From contig CDROCS010004653.1 in the NCBI GenBank assembly GCA_977020255.1, positions 62,001-126,000 on the forward strand: 64,000 nucleotides of DNA, written 5' to 3'. This stretch comes from Obrimoposthia wandeli. Its lineage: Eukaryota. Of this stretch, positions 1 to 11,330 are shown in pieces. The notes under the pieces were generated by a model that worked only from the letters and a program-made list of their open reading frames with translations, was not told the origin of the DNA and did no database searches. Every line of letters starts with the position of its first letter. The stretch's first letter is position 1. A program made the position numbers and the translations under genes.

Positions 1-390
1 ATTTCAGGGTGTACTGTCACTTTTATTAGATACATTGGTGACACTTTTCCAAACAGGTAGTTTATTTATGTCTGTCTTTGAATATTTATGTAGCTTTGTA
101 AATCAACTGATTTAAGACTCCTCGATATACTCTTGTATTACGCACTTTTTTAAATATTTTTATTAGCCATCTCACATCATAACAATTCATAATATTACCC
201 TTTCGATGCGAACAAAGCATATCGTCTCATTTTCTATACAAATAATCTCAATTAAACGCAGCTTTATTTACATTTCGTGCCGCCTGCTTGATGATAAGCC
301 CAGTCAGCTACAACGACTAAATTAATTTTCAACTTACCTGCCAGCGGCTAGCAAACTAGCACAGAGCTAAAATATTGATAGGTGAATAAT

Positions 391-900
391 ATGTCTAAAA
401 TTACAGCTAAAAAATTCTTAAAGAACAGCGGTATTACAACAGTGGCACTATTAGCATCACTGTCACTTCCCAATTTAGCCTCTGCAGCCGATGAGCACAA
501 CGTGGCACCTGGTTTAACAGCAGTAGGTGCCCCTTTAGGATTGCATGGTGCCGACCCTGTTGCAGCGATTACCCGTGGAGAAGCAAGCGAAGGATTGTCA
601 CAATTCACATCTAAACATGATGGCGTGGCTTATTATTTTAGTGATGCTGTCAGCCAGAGTGAATTTGAGAAAAATCCTGCACAATACATCCCTCAAAATG
701 GTGGATTTTGCACCTTTGGTGTCTCTGTTGGTAAGAAATTTGACGGTGATCCAAACTTCGCCAGCATCATTAAAGGTAAGCTTTACGTCTTTCTGAACGA
801 AGAGATTTACAACCTATATCTTAAAGATGAGGCAGGCGTTATCGCTAAAGCTGACACTCAATGGCAGAAAATTCAACACACTGCCGCAGCTTCGCTTTAA
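391..900 (+). CDS. Secreted YHS-domain protein (YHS-domain (seleno)protein family, Cys form)
   Basis: Signal peptide ending ASA-A; motifs GADPVA, YYFSD, NPAQYIPQNGGFCTFGVS, GDP, GKLYVF. AGGTGA RBS at 380-385 favours the ATG at 391 over the GTG at 382. Confidence 0.8.
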   Translation: MSKITAKKFLKNSGITTVALLASLSLPNLASAADEHNVAPGLTAVGAPLGLHGADPVAAITRGEASEGLSQFTSKHDGVAYYFSDAVSQSEFEKNPAQYIPQNGGFCTFGVSVGKKFDGDPNFASIIKGKLYVFLNEEIYNLYLKDEAGVIAKADTQWQKIQHTAAASL

Positions 901-1112
901 AACATTAACACTGCATACTTCACAAAGTCGATACTAATGATCTACAGTATCGACATTGTTATATGTAGAAAGCGATTCATGGCATGCTCGAAAGCATCTA
1001 GTATTGAATTATTAAGAATATTATATTTTCCACTACTTACAACTAGAGAAAGATAGAAAGAGCTATTTCTTTGCTGCTCTAGCCTTTTTTATCCTTTGAA
1101 AATTGTTGGTGC

Positions 1113-1150
1113 AAGCAGTAATAGCCGCTCATGAGTGGCTATTACTGCTT
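1113..1150. terminator. 38-bp near-perfect palindrome between convergent genes; probable bidirectional terminator
   Basis: aagcagtaatagccgctcatgagtggctattactgctt is its own reverse complement except for one G.T pair. Confidence 0.55.
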
Positions 1151-1289
1151 ACCTTATCACTCCAATAAAGCAACTTCTCACTTGTATCTTTGAGCGATAT
1201 CTCTCTCGACTCTTTAGTATAAAATATTCACACCTATTGCTGCCTTTGCATACCTAAATCCAATTTATACGCCAGCGTGATAAAGCCCT

Positions 1290-2072
1290 TTAAGCACTTT
1301 TTGACAACAACTGAGCATCAACATAAAGTTGGCCGTGGCGCGTTTGCTCTAAGCTTGTTAATACTTTGTAGCTCTCCCCTAATACCGGCATTGACAAGAC
1401 TTCACTTGCTGGACCACTGACTTGTATTTTACCGTTATTTAAGAGTATTAAACGATCGCAGTATTTAGCGGCTAAGTTAACATCATGCAGCGCTGCAATG
1501 GTAATCAGCCCCTTGCTGATGGTTAAGTTGCGCACCACATCTAAAATCGCCAATTGATGATGCAGATCTAGCGCGCTGGTAGGCTCATCCAACAACACCA
1601 CTTTAGGGTCAACCACTAAAATACGCGCCATTGCCACTAGCTGCTTTTGCCCACCACTGAGTTCGCAGATATCCTTATCTGCCAAGTGATCAATAGCTAA
1701 GGTACTTAATATTTCAGACACTTTAAATAAATCTTGTTGTTTAACCCGCCATTTAGAACGCTGCTTTAAAGCCAGTAACACTGATTCAAACACTGACAAG
1801 GCTAAATTCGTATGAAACTGCTGCGATAAATAAGCAACATTGCCTGCTCTTGCGGTGCGTGATAATTTTGCAAGATTTACACTATTGAGATAAAGCTCCC
1901 CTGCATCACTTTTAATCAATCCTGCTAACGCTTTAAATAAAGTCGATTTACCCGCGGCGTTGGGCCCTAATAAACCGGTAAAACTGCCCGGTTCTAACCC
2001 TTCAACTGATAACTCGGTTAATACTTTATGCTGTGCATAACTGACGCTTAAATTACTTATTTTTAAACTCAT
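1290..2072 (-). CDS. Iron-complex/cobalamin ABC transporter ATP-binding protein (FecE/FhuC-like)
   Basis: Walker A GPNAAGKS, signature LSGGQKQ, Walker B VLLDEPT, H-loop LHD; overlaps the permease stop by 4 bp. Confidence 0.92.
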   Translation of the reverse strand: MSLKISNLSVSYAQHKVLTELSVEGLEPGSFTGLLGPNAAGKSTLFKALAGLIKSDAGELYLNSVNLAKLSRTARAGNVAYLSQQFHTNLALSVFESVLLALKQRSKWRVKQQDLFKVSEILSTLAIDHLADKDICELSGGQKQLVAMARILVVDPKVVLLDEPTSALDLHHQLAILDVVRNLTISKGLITIAALHDVNLAAKYCDRLILLNNGKIQVSGPASEVLSMPVLGESYKVLTSLEQTRHGQLYVDAQLLSKSA

Positions 2073-3184
2073 AACCCACGCTCCTTAGAGTGCCTAATGA
2101 TGATAGCCAAGAAGACAGGCACACCAATTAACGCCGTTATAATCCCGATAGGATAAATAATTCCCGGAGTAATTGTTTTGCTCACAATGGAGGTAACGCT
2201 AAGCATTAGCGCGCCGAGTAATGCGGATAAAGGAATAAAATAGCGTTGATCTTCACCCACTAATAACCTCGCTATGTGCGGCCCTACTAAACCGACAAAA
2301 CCAATAGTGCCCACAAATGCCACCGCGGTAGCCGCCAATAATGAAATGCATATTAGTATTTCAATACGTAGTCGCTTAACATCAACACCCATACTCAATG
2401 CGCTTTCTTCACCTAAGCGCAATGCAGTTAAGCGCCAAGTGCGGGTCATGCAAAAAGGTATTGCAACTAATAGTAATACAACGCCCCAAGCTATCTGTAA
2501 CCAACTTGCACGTCCTAAAGAGCCTAACATCCAAAAAACAATCCGCTGCAACTGCGTTTCAGATGCGCCGTACTCCATCATTGCTAACAACGCATTAAAA
2601 GCAAAAAATATCGCGATGCCAAAGAGAATAATTGACTGGGTTCCCATGCCTTTCATCTGCATTAACATTAACAGCAATCCACAAGTGGCCAGAGCAAAAA
2701 CAAAAGCATTTACCGTCACTAATAACGAACCTACATTTGGCATTAAACCAACGCCAGTTACGATAGCAACCGCGGCACCAAAGCTTGCCGCTGAAGATAC
2801 GCCTAACGTGAATGGCTCTGCCAATGGGTTATTAAGTAATGTTTGCATCAACGCTCCCGCTGCACCTAACATTGCGCCAACTATCACCGCTGTGATGGCA
2901 ATAGGCATTCTATAATCCCAAATAATAACTTCTAATTTGATGCCGTGAGCTGCTTTATCAAGTAATACTTGTATCACTGTGGTGAGTGAGAAATTACCTG
3001 GGCCGATCGATATATCCAATAACACACTACTGATAACTAAAAATAATATGACACTCAACAACCAGAGTTTCTTGCTTGCACGCTGTTGGAAACGCTGCAC
3101 GATTTGCCAATTTTTTTCCAACTCTGTACTTGATGTATTAAAAGTTTGTGAAGCAGTATCAGAAACCTTGCTTATCGTGCTCAT
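2069..3184 (-). CDS. FecCD-family iron-complex ABC permease
   Basis: RMP, NPLAEPFTLGVSS, EESALSMGVDV (EAA loop) and GTIGFVGLVGPHIAR motifs. Start placed at ATG 3184 (AGGA RBS) rather than ORF start 3256. Confidence 0.92.
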   Translation of the reverse strand: MSTISKVSDTASQTFNTSSTELEKNWQIVQRFQQRASKKLWLLSVILFLVISSVLLDISIGPGNFSLTTVIQVLLDKAAHGIKLEVIIWDYRMPIAITAVIVGAMLGAAGALMQTLLNNPLAEPFTLGVSSAASFGAAVAIVTGVGLMPNVGSLLVTVNAFVFALATCGLLLMLMQMKGMGTQSIILFGIAIFFAFNALLAMMEYGASETQLQRIVFWMLGSLGRASWLQIAWGVVLLLVAIPFCMTRTWRLTALRLGEESALSMGVDVKRLRIEILICISLLAATAVAFVGTIGFVGLVGPHIARLLVGEDQRYFIPLSALLGALMLSVTSIVSKTITPGIIYPIGIITALIGVPVFLAIIIRHSKERGL

Positions 3185-3401
3185 TAATTTTCCTAGATCA
3201 GTATATTTAATAGAATTCGTACACTTGCTAAAACAACAAGTGAGAGAGGGGTACATGATAAAAGCTAGCCCGTTACGTTAGGCAGGGATCTCTATAAATG
3301 AGCACCTTAATAACAAAACCTTGTAACAGATAAATAATCAACTAGAACTTGTCGTTTGCATCTGCTCCTAATTTTACAAACAACAATTCTGTTAATTGTT
3401 A

Positions 3402-4541
3402 CTACTTTAGTTTTTGCCAGAAAACACCGCTAAGATCGATAGGTAAGAACTTATCGTGTAACTCCTTAAAGTTCGCCTGCGGATCTAGGTTTTCAAAATC
3501 GCTAGGGTAAAACCATTTCGCAAAGGTTTGCAGTGCAATGAAATGGTATGGGCTATTGTAAAACTGATGATAAATTGAATAGAAGTTCTTCTCTTTAACA
3601 GCCTTAAGCTCAGACCAACCTTTGCGATCCGCTAAACTTTTTAATCTTTGCTGTGCTAGATTTTGTGTTGCTTCATAACCAAACAATACCGCTGCCGTGT
3701 TGGGTTTTGCCTCTGCCCAGTTAGCACCGGTACCAATAATATAAGCTGGATCATCTGTAAAGATCACTTCTGGATTTACCTTACCCGAAAAGCCTGAAAT
3801 TTTACGACTCCCCCAATTAATGCCGCCCGCTTCATCTACTAAACGCCCTAAGTTAGCTGCGCCAAAAGTGCTACAGCATTTATCAGGGTCAAAGCCGGCT
3901 GCTTTTTCAATGAAGACTAAAGGGCGCTCGTTTTGTTTCTTTTGATCAACCACAACACTTACTGCACGCATTTGTGTAAGGTAATAATCAACAAACGTTT
4001 GCGCGGCTTTTTCTTTACCTAAAACTTTACCTAACATCAATAAACTAGGTACCGTATTTTGTGTTGGTCGCTGGCGAAAATCTACGAATACAACTTTAAT
4101 ACCTGCTTTTTCTAACTTAGTTAATAATCCGCTTTCTTGCGCTTTTAACAAATTACCTAAGTTTAAGATGAATAAATCAGTATCTAAGGTAATGATTTTT
4201 TCAAGTGAATATTCACCAGAATAAGGGCTTCCTAAGTTTTCAATATTTTTAATTTCAGGGAATTTTTGTAGATATTTACGATAGGCATCGGGATCATATT
4301 TGATGAGATCGTCTTTCCAACCCACCACTCTTTTCAATGGGTTCTCTTTATCTAAAACGGCCAAGCTATAAGTCAGCCTCCCCTCACCTAATACGATATG
4401 TTTAACTTTATCAGGATCAATGTTTACTTTGCGCCCCGCTATATCTGTTACTTCAATCGCTTGCGCAGCTAAGTTACAAGACATACCCAAAACCAAAGGT
4501 ATCATTACTTTTTTAAGTGATGAAAAATTTACGTTAAACAC
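3402..4541 (-). CDS. Iron-complex ABC periplasmic substrate-binding protein (Peripla_BP_2 type)
   Basis: Signal peptide, VTDIAGRKV, DFRQRP-NT-PS, terminal YNSPYHFIALQ-FAKWFYP; GTG start with AAGG RBS; first gene of the ABC operon. Confidence 0.88.
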   Translation of the reverse strand: MFNVNFSSLKKVMIPLVLGMSCNLAAQAIEVTDIAGRKVNIDPDKVKHIVLGEGRLTYSLAVLDKENPLKRVVGWKDDLIKYDPDAYRKYLQKFPEIKNIENLGSPYSGEYSLEKIITLDTDLFILNLGNLLKAQESGLLTKLEKAGIKVVFVDFRQRPTQNTVPSLLMLGKVLGKEKAAQTFVDYYLTQMRAVSVVVDQKKQNERPLVFIEKAAGFDPDKCCSTFGAANLGRLVDEAGGINWGSRKISGFSGKVNPEVIFTDDPAYIIGTGANWAEAKPNTAAVLFGYEATQNLAQQRLKSLADRKGWSELKAVKEKNFYSIYHQFYNSPYHFIALQTFAKWFYPSDFENLDPQANFKELHDKFLPIDLSGVFWQKLK

Positions 4542-4607
4542 TGCCTTTTCCTTATTTTGATGAAAGAGGGGTGCATCTTATAAGAGCAAAAACAAAAAGT
4601 AAATCTA

Positions 4608-4626
4608 AATCATAATTATTATCATT
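4608..4626. promoter_or_regulatory. Fur box upstream of the iron ABC operon
   Basis: Minus strand reads AATGATAATAATTATGATT, one mismatch from the AATGATAATnATTATCATT Fur consensus, about 67 bp upstream of the SBP start. Confidence 0.8.
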
Positions 4627-4995
4627 TATATTAATAACTTATTGCTTGGCATCTCAAACAGCAATTGCAGGTATTGGTAACATATCAATCAAGAACAAAT
4701 AGTAAATTTAGATACCTACCTGCAACTACTAGGCGTAATTAACAGCTCTAGGCATTTCTTGGTAATTAAATACGTGAAAGAACAGGAGACGTGATCCAAC
4801 ACAGAATGTGCGATTATCAGGTAACTCGCCTAGCCACCTAATGGTATTTAAGCCACAGTTATTTGTAACCCCTTGGATACGTTAATAAAAAACACCTTAA
4901 AAACTTGCTTAATATAGAGACCACTGGCTGTTAATTTGCCAAGCACTGGCCCTAAAAAAATTTACGCTTTACATTTTATACTGTGTTCATGATGT

Positions 4996-5111
4996 CTTGT
5001 CGGGGTTCTCTTTCAAGCTAAGTTTTATAAAATGAATTTAGTTATAAAAGGGACGAGAGGTGAAAACCAACCCGCGAACCTGATCCGGTTAATACCGGCG
5101 TAGGAAACAAG
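4996..5111 (+). ncRNA. TPP riboswitch (THI element) upstream of thiC
   Basis: P1 CTTGT/ACAAG, CGGGGT, (C)GAGA, GGT-GAAA-ACC hairpin, AACCCG, GAACCTGATCCGGTTAATACCGGCGTAGGAA; 200 bp upstream of thiC. Confidence 0.95.
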
Positions 5112-5266
5112 AATTAATGACTATTTCGCAATAAATAGTAGTAATCACTTATTGATTGCTCGTTAATATTTTGACGAGCTAACGGCTTAGTTTTTTACCC
5201 TGCGCGTTGCTAAAAATTTATTGCAGGCTTCGCTATGCAGGGCCTCTAGACACGACATTATTTTAA

Positions 5267-7207
<1,941 letters not shown>

Positions 7208-7252
7208 CCTAGCGAATGAAGCGGCAAAAATTAAGCTTTATTAAAATAGTAA

Positions 7253-7282
7253 AAAGCGCATTGCCTATTATCAATGCGCTTT
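7253..7282. terminator. Bidirectional Rho-independent terminator
   Basis: Stem aaagcgcattg / caatgcgcttt with an 8-nt loop between convergent thiC and QOR. Confidence 0.75.
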
Positions 7283-7341
7283 AGCTGCTATCAAAATTTT
7301 AATTAGCGCTTACGTATAACGCTTGTGCGAACAATGATGCA

Positions 7342-8328
7342 CTAATCGATATCGACAACAACACAACCACAAAAACCGCCTTGCTCTATCTTGTCATTAG
7401 CAGCGGCTATCTCCTCCAGCGGATATTGAGCTGCAATACGATGCTGTAAGCTGCCTTTCTCTAGAGCTTGAGTTATATCGGCAATAGCCTCTTGCTTCGC
7501 GCTTTCTGGCATCGCATAGACAATGACCATACGAATCGTGAGATCCATAAACATCATTTCTCTGAATGGCAATACAGGTTCAGGCACCACGGTAGATGAA
7601 TAAGATGCAATAACACCGCCTACTCGAATTAACGCTAAACTGCTATTGAGGTTGGCACCAAATTCAACATCAATCACCCGATCAACCTTCACGCCATTAG
7701 TGAATTCCAGCACCTGCGATACCATTTGTGGATCAGTATGATTAACCACAAAATCGGCACCTGCTTCTATACACTGCTGTTTTGTTTTTTCACTGCTAGC
7801 GGTGGTGATAACAGTAGCGCCAGCCTGCTTAGCCCACTGAATAGCATAGTGACCAACACGCCCGGCCCCCCCCGTAATAAATAATACCTGCCCTTTCACG
7901 CAGCCGTCGGCAAACACACAACGGTGTGCTGTCATCGCTGGAATGCCTAGACATGCACCCACGGCAAAAGAGGCATTATCTGGCAGTGTTACTGCGCGCG
8001 TCGTCTCAATGGCTACATATTGTGCGGCAGTGCCATGCAAGCGAGCAAACTGCGCTTGATAGATCCACACTCGCTCGCCAATGCGTGAGTGAGGAACGCC
8101 CATACCGACCGCTTCGATCACGCCAGCACCATCACTGTTAGGGATAACCGGCCCGTTATCGAGTAAATTTGGGAAAGCACCTGCGCGCTTTTTTGTATCT
8201 GAAGGATTAACCCCTGATGCATGCAGGCGCACCAATACTTCACCTTGGCCAGGCTTGGGCTTATCAAACTGTGTTACTTGCAAAACATCTGCTGCGGCTC
8301 CAAAACGATTAAACGACGCTGCTTTCAT
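7342..8328 (-). CDS. NADPH:quinone oxidoreductase (zeta-crystallin/MDR family)
   Basis: GEVLVRLHASGVNPSD, DGAGVI, GGAGRVG nucleotide-binding loop, YPLEEIAAA; no catalytic Zn ligands. Confidence 0.9.
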   Translation of the reverse strand: MKAASFNRFGAAADVLQVTQFDKPKPGQGEVLVRLHASGVNPSDTKKRAGAFPNLLDNGPVIPNSDGAGVIEAVGMGVPHSRIGERVWIYQAQFARLHGTAAQYVAIETTRAVTLPDNASFAVGACLGIPAMTAHRCVFADGCVKGQVLFITGGAGRVGHYAIQWAKQAGATVITTASSEKTKQQCIEAGADFVVNHTDPQMVSQVLEFTNGVKVDRVIDVEFGANLNSSLALIRVGGVIASYSSTVVPEPVLPFREMMFMDLTIRMVIVYAMPESAKQEAIADITQALEKGSLQHRIAAQYPLEEIAAANDKIEQGGFCGCVVVDID

Positions 8329-8515
8329 TCTCTGTTCCTTCTCTTATATTTTTAGATGATTAAAGATTATTACCGACACATCTTCTAGCAATACGTACCA
8401 CAAACTCATACTTAAACAAGTGTAACGCCCTTGCAAATCACAATCTGTTTTTATTTTTTTATCTTGTAACTTTCTGCCTTTTAACCCGTAACCCGTAACT
8501 CATATATCCTCCTCT

Positions 8516-9280
8516 TCAAGCTAACAAACCGCCATCAACCACCAGCGTTTGACCCGTGATGTAACTACCACCAACACACAAAAAGAAGATCGCTTCAGCA
8601 TAATCTTCAGGGACGCCTATACGCTTAAGTGGTAGCAACAAAGCGGCTTCTTCTGCCTCTTCACTATCCCAAGTGCAATCCCAACCCGAGCTCTTCACCC
8701 AACCGGGCGCCACAGCATTAACGCGAACATTGGGCCCAAGGCCACGGGCTAGCTCACGGGTCATAGTGATAAGGCCGCCTTTAGTTGATGCGTAAGTCGT
8801 GCTACTGGCACCACCGCCCATCGCCGCAATTGAAGCTACATTTACCACAGCTCCGCCACCTTCTTTAAGGTAAGGTAGGGCTGCGCGAATACAGCGAAAA
8901 GGCCCTATCAAATTGACAGACAACAGTTTGTTCCAAAATGCTTCATCCTGACTTTCAAGATCAGATTCGGGGATCGTTTCACTGGTTCCAGGCGTTGCGG
9001 CGTTATTAACTAAATAGTCCAGCCCACCCATAGCTTCAGCAGCGCCATTTACCATCGCAATCACACTATCAGGATCACTTATATCGCCCTGCGCGGCATA
9101 AACATCTAAACCTAACCCGCGTAAACGCTCAACTTCAGTGCTCAATTTAGCACTACCAGGCAAATCATTTATGGCCACTGTAGCTCCGCAACGCGCTAGC
9201 ATTTCAACTGTAGCAAGCCCAATACCCGACGCACCGCCGGTAACTAAAGCTCGTTTGCCCTTAAGATTAGCGGTAATCAT
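8516..9280 (-). CDS. SDR-family oxidoreductase
   Basis: TGGASGIG, NNA, YASTK catalytic motif, VNAVAPG, ITGQTLVVDGG. Confidence 0.93.
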   Translation of the reverse strand: MITANLKGKRALVTGGASGIGLATVEMLARCGATVAINDLPGSAKLSTEVERLRGLGLDVYAAQGDISDPDSVIAMVNGAAEAMGGLDYLVNNAATPGTSETIPESDLESQDEAFWNKLLSVNLIGPFRCIRAALPYLKEGGGAVVNVASIAAMGGGASSTTYASTKGGLITMTRELARGLGPNVRVNAVAPGWVKSSGWDCTWDSEEAEEAALLLPLKRIGVPEDYAEAIFFLCVGGSYITGQTLVVDGGLLA

Positions 9281-9652
9281 CTTTGTATTCCTCTGTTTCT
9301 TTTTTATTCCAACTTTTTAGATACCAACTTAGCAAATAAAAAAACGCATTACGCAGTGTTTCAAAGCAGGTAAATAGCTAGCTGGCTATTGTGAAATCTC
9401 GAATTTAAAATCGCGTACCCACATTTACCATAAAAAACAAATAATTAGAATATCTATCAAGATGAAACAGAACGACGTTAAGTATTGATCCGTGTTATTT
9501 CACGATTAATGCACATCAATTTCATGCCCTTTTGCAACAGTCGTTATTTAATAGGTTACATAAACTCACATATAGGTGATAACTAATCGCTTTTTTTAGC
9601 ACTGCATCTGAATTAGATTAGCAGCACAAATTGTGTATTTATGGAGAAATAA

Positions 9653-10564
9653 ATGGGTATGTTGATTGCTGGGCAATGGTGTGAACAAGACAAGCTTATT
9701 ATTGATGGTGCCTACCAGCGCAACCTCAGTAATTGTCGTGCAGATATAGAATCAAACGATATCATTAATTTTCCGGGCCGCTTTCACTTAATCGCCTCTT
9801 GGAGTTGCCCTTGGTCTCACAGAACAATGCTAATTCGCCAGTTAAAAGGTTTGGCGCAATACATGCCTTTGCATATCACTGGTGGCAAAAAAGTACAGGG
9901 CTATGCAGCAGATCACGGTAATAGCTGGCAAGTGCCGGGGAGCCAAGTAAACATATTACACCTGCACCAGCTTTATCGATTAAATGATAATAACTATACC
10001 GGTCGATCTACTGTGCCCATTCTTTGGGATAGCCTCAAGCAACAAATTATCAGTAATGAATCAACCCACATCATGCAGATTTTTGATCAGCTTGCAGCAC
10101 CAACAAACTCACACGTTACACAGCAGCCATTAATACCCTTACACTTAAAGGAAGCCATTGAAAAGCTCAATGGCGAGATTTACTCACTGTTGAGCAACGC
10201 TGTTTATCGAGCAGGTTTTGCACAAAGCCAGCAAGCTTATGATGAAGCGGTGCACAGTGTTTTTGCCATGTTAGAAACATTAAATACGAGGCTGGCAACC
10301 TCTCGCTATTTAATGGGTGATGCTGTCACTCAAGCTGATTGGCTGCTGTTTCCTACTTTAGTGAGATTCGATATTGATTATTATTTACACAGCCGCTGTA
10401 CAATGTCGAAACTGACTGATTACAAACATCTTTTCAAGTATGCACGCGAACTATATAACATGCCGGGAATAGCTGATACAGTCAATTTTAGTGCTATCCA
10501 TAAAAGTAATTATCAATATTGCCAAGTTTTACCGGTGATGCCTGAGATCGATTGGAGTAACTAA
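9653..10564 (+). CDS. Glutathione S-transferase, omega/YqjG-like (glutathionyl-hydroquinone reductase family)
   Basis: GRFHLIASWSCPWSHRT, TVPILWD, NES, VYRAGFAQSQQAYDEAV, LFPTLVRFD motifs. Confidence 0.85.
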   Translation: MGMLIAGQWCEQDKLIIDGAYQRNLSNCRADIESNDIINFPGRFHLIASWSCPWSHRTMLIRQLKGLAQYMPLHITGGKKVQGYAADHGNSWQVPGSQVNILHLHQLYRLNDNNYTGRSTVPILWDSLKQQIISNESTHIMQIFDQLAAPTNSHVTQQPLIPLHLKEAIEKLNGEIYSLLSNAVYRAGFAQSQQAYDEAVHSVFAMLETLNTRLATSRYLMGDAVTQADWLLFPTLVRFDIDYYLHSRCTMSKLTDYKHLFKYARELYNMPGIADTVNFSAIHKSNYQYCQVLPVMPEIDWSN

Positions 10565-10630
10565 TTACGAGTTACAGTATGAGAAGCTATTTCCTATAAA
10601 CAACACAAATTTGATTGGGATAAAGATTTA

Positions 10631-11248
10631 ATGGATTCTATCGTAGCAATTATCAGTATCGCATTGCTGGCAATGATAACCCCTGGGCCAAACAATTTTA
10701 TAGTTATGCACTGTGCGGTAAAAGCGGGATTTCGAGCGGCTATACCGCTGATTTTTGCGGTAATATGCGGTGCGCTTTGCATTTCAACTTTTGTATGGAT
10801 GGGGATAGCAACCTTACTTGAAACTGTGCCGTGGTTGCAAAATATGATCACTATAGCAGGCGCCGGCTACCTAGCTTTTTTAGGCGCATCTTTGATGCTA
10901 AAAAAAGTAGTATCTAGCCAATCTGCCAATCAAAATCTATTGCCTAGTACTTTCAAAGGCGTGTTTGTGTTTCAGTTTTTCAACCCTAAATCACTAGTGC
11001 TTATTAGCACCTTAATCAGCGAATTGGCGCGGGTTTATTCCACGCTCACTTCATTGGCTATTTTATTAATACTGATGCTGATGATACCGCTACTTTGCCT
11101 TACTATTTGGGCAGGGTTTGGCCACCTACTCAGCGCTTACCTGCGCCAAGCCAGCGTTGCCAATTTATTCAATAAGATCATGGGATCGCTATTATTGATT
11201 CCAGCTTTGTATGTGCTGTGGCAGAGCTTAGCGACCTATCTGATCTAA
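10631..11248 (+). CDS. LysE/RhtB-family translocator
   Basis: ITPGPNN, GAGYLAFLG, FQFFNPK motifs; six hydrophobic segments. Confidence 0.9.
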   Translation: MDSIVAIISIALLAMITPGPNNFIVMHCAVKAGFRAAIPLIFAVICGALCISTFVWMGIATLLETVPWLQNMITIAGAGYLAFLGASLMLKKVVSSQSANQNLLPSTFKGVFVFQFFNPKSLVLISTLISELARVYSTLTSLAILLILMLMIPLLCLTIWAGFGHLLSAYLRQASVANLFNKIMGSLLLIPALYVLWQSLATYLI

Positions 11249-11253
11249 GCCTC

Positions 11254-11308
11254 TAGCTTGAGATCTATTATCTATTACTTATGGTCTATTACCTATGAAC
11301 TCAAGCTA
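11254..11308. repeat. Hairpin whose loop is five degenerate heptamers
   Basis: tagcttgag...ctcaagcta arms enclosing tctatta tctatta cttatgg tctatta cctatga, between convergent lysE and patB. Confidence 0.55.
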
Positions 11309-11330
11309 CCACAGCTTATTTAAATTATGG

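Noticed and set aside
1-35. Possible start of a minus-strand gene (MYLIKVTVHPE...) running off the left edge
   Set aside because: Only 11 codons are visible, too little to support a call.
391-900. Selenocysteine recoding in the YHS protein
   Set aside because: The homologous position is a Cys codon (TGC), there is no in-frame TGA, and the gene ends in TAA.
2274-2915. 213-aa plus-strand ORF and the many similar antisense ORFs in the track
   Set aside because: Shadows of well-supported genes on the opposite strand.
5059-5068. Reading GGTGAAAA as a UGAGA-to-UGAAA ligand-pocket mutation in the TPP riboswitch
   Set aside because: GGT-GAAA-ACC folds as an ordinary GNRA-capped P3a hairpin; the real motif is the preceding CGAGA.
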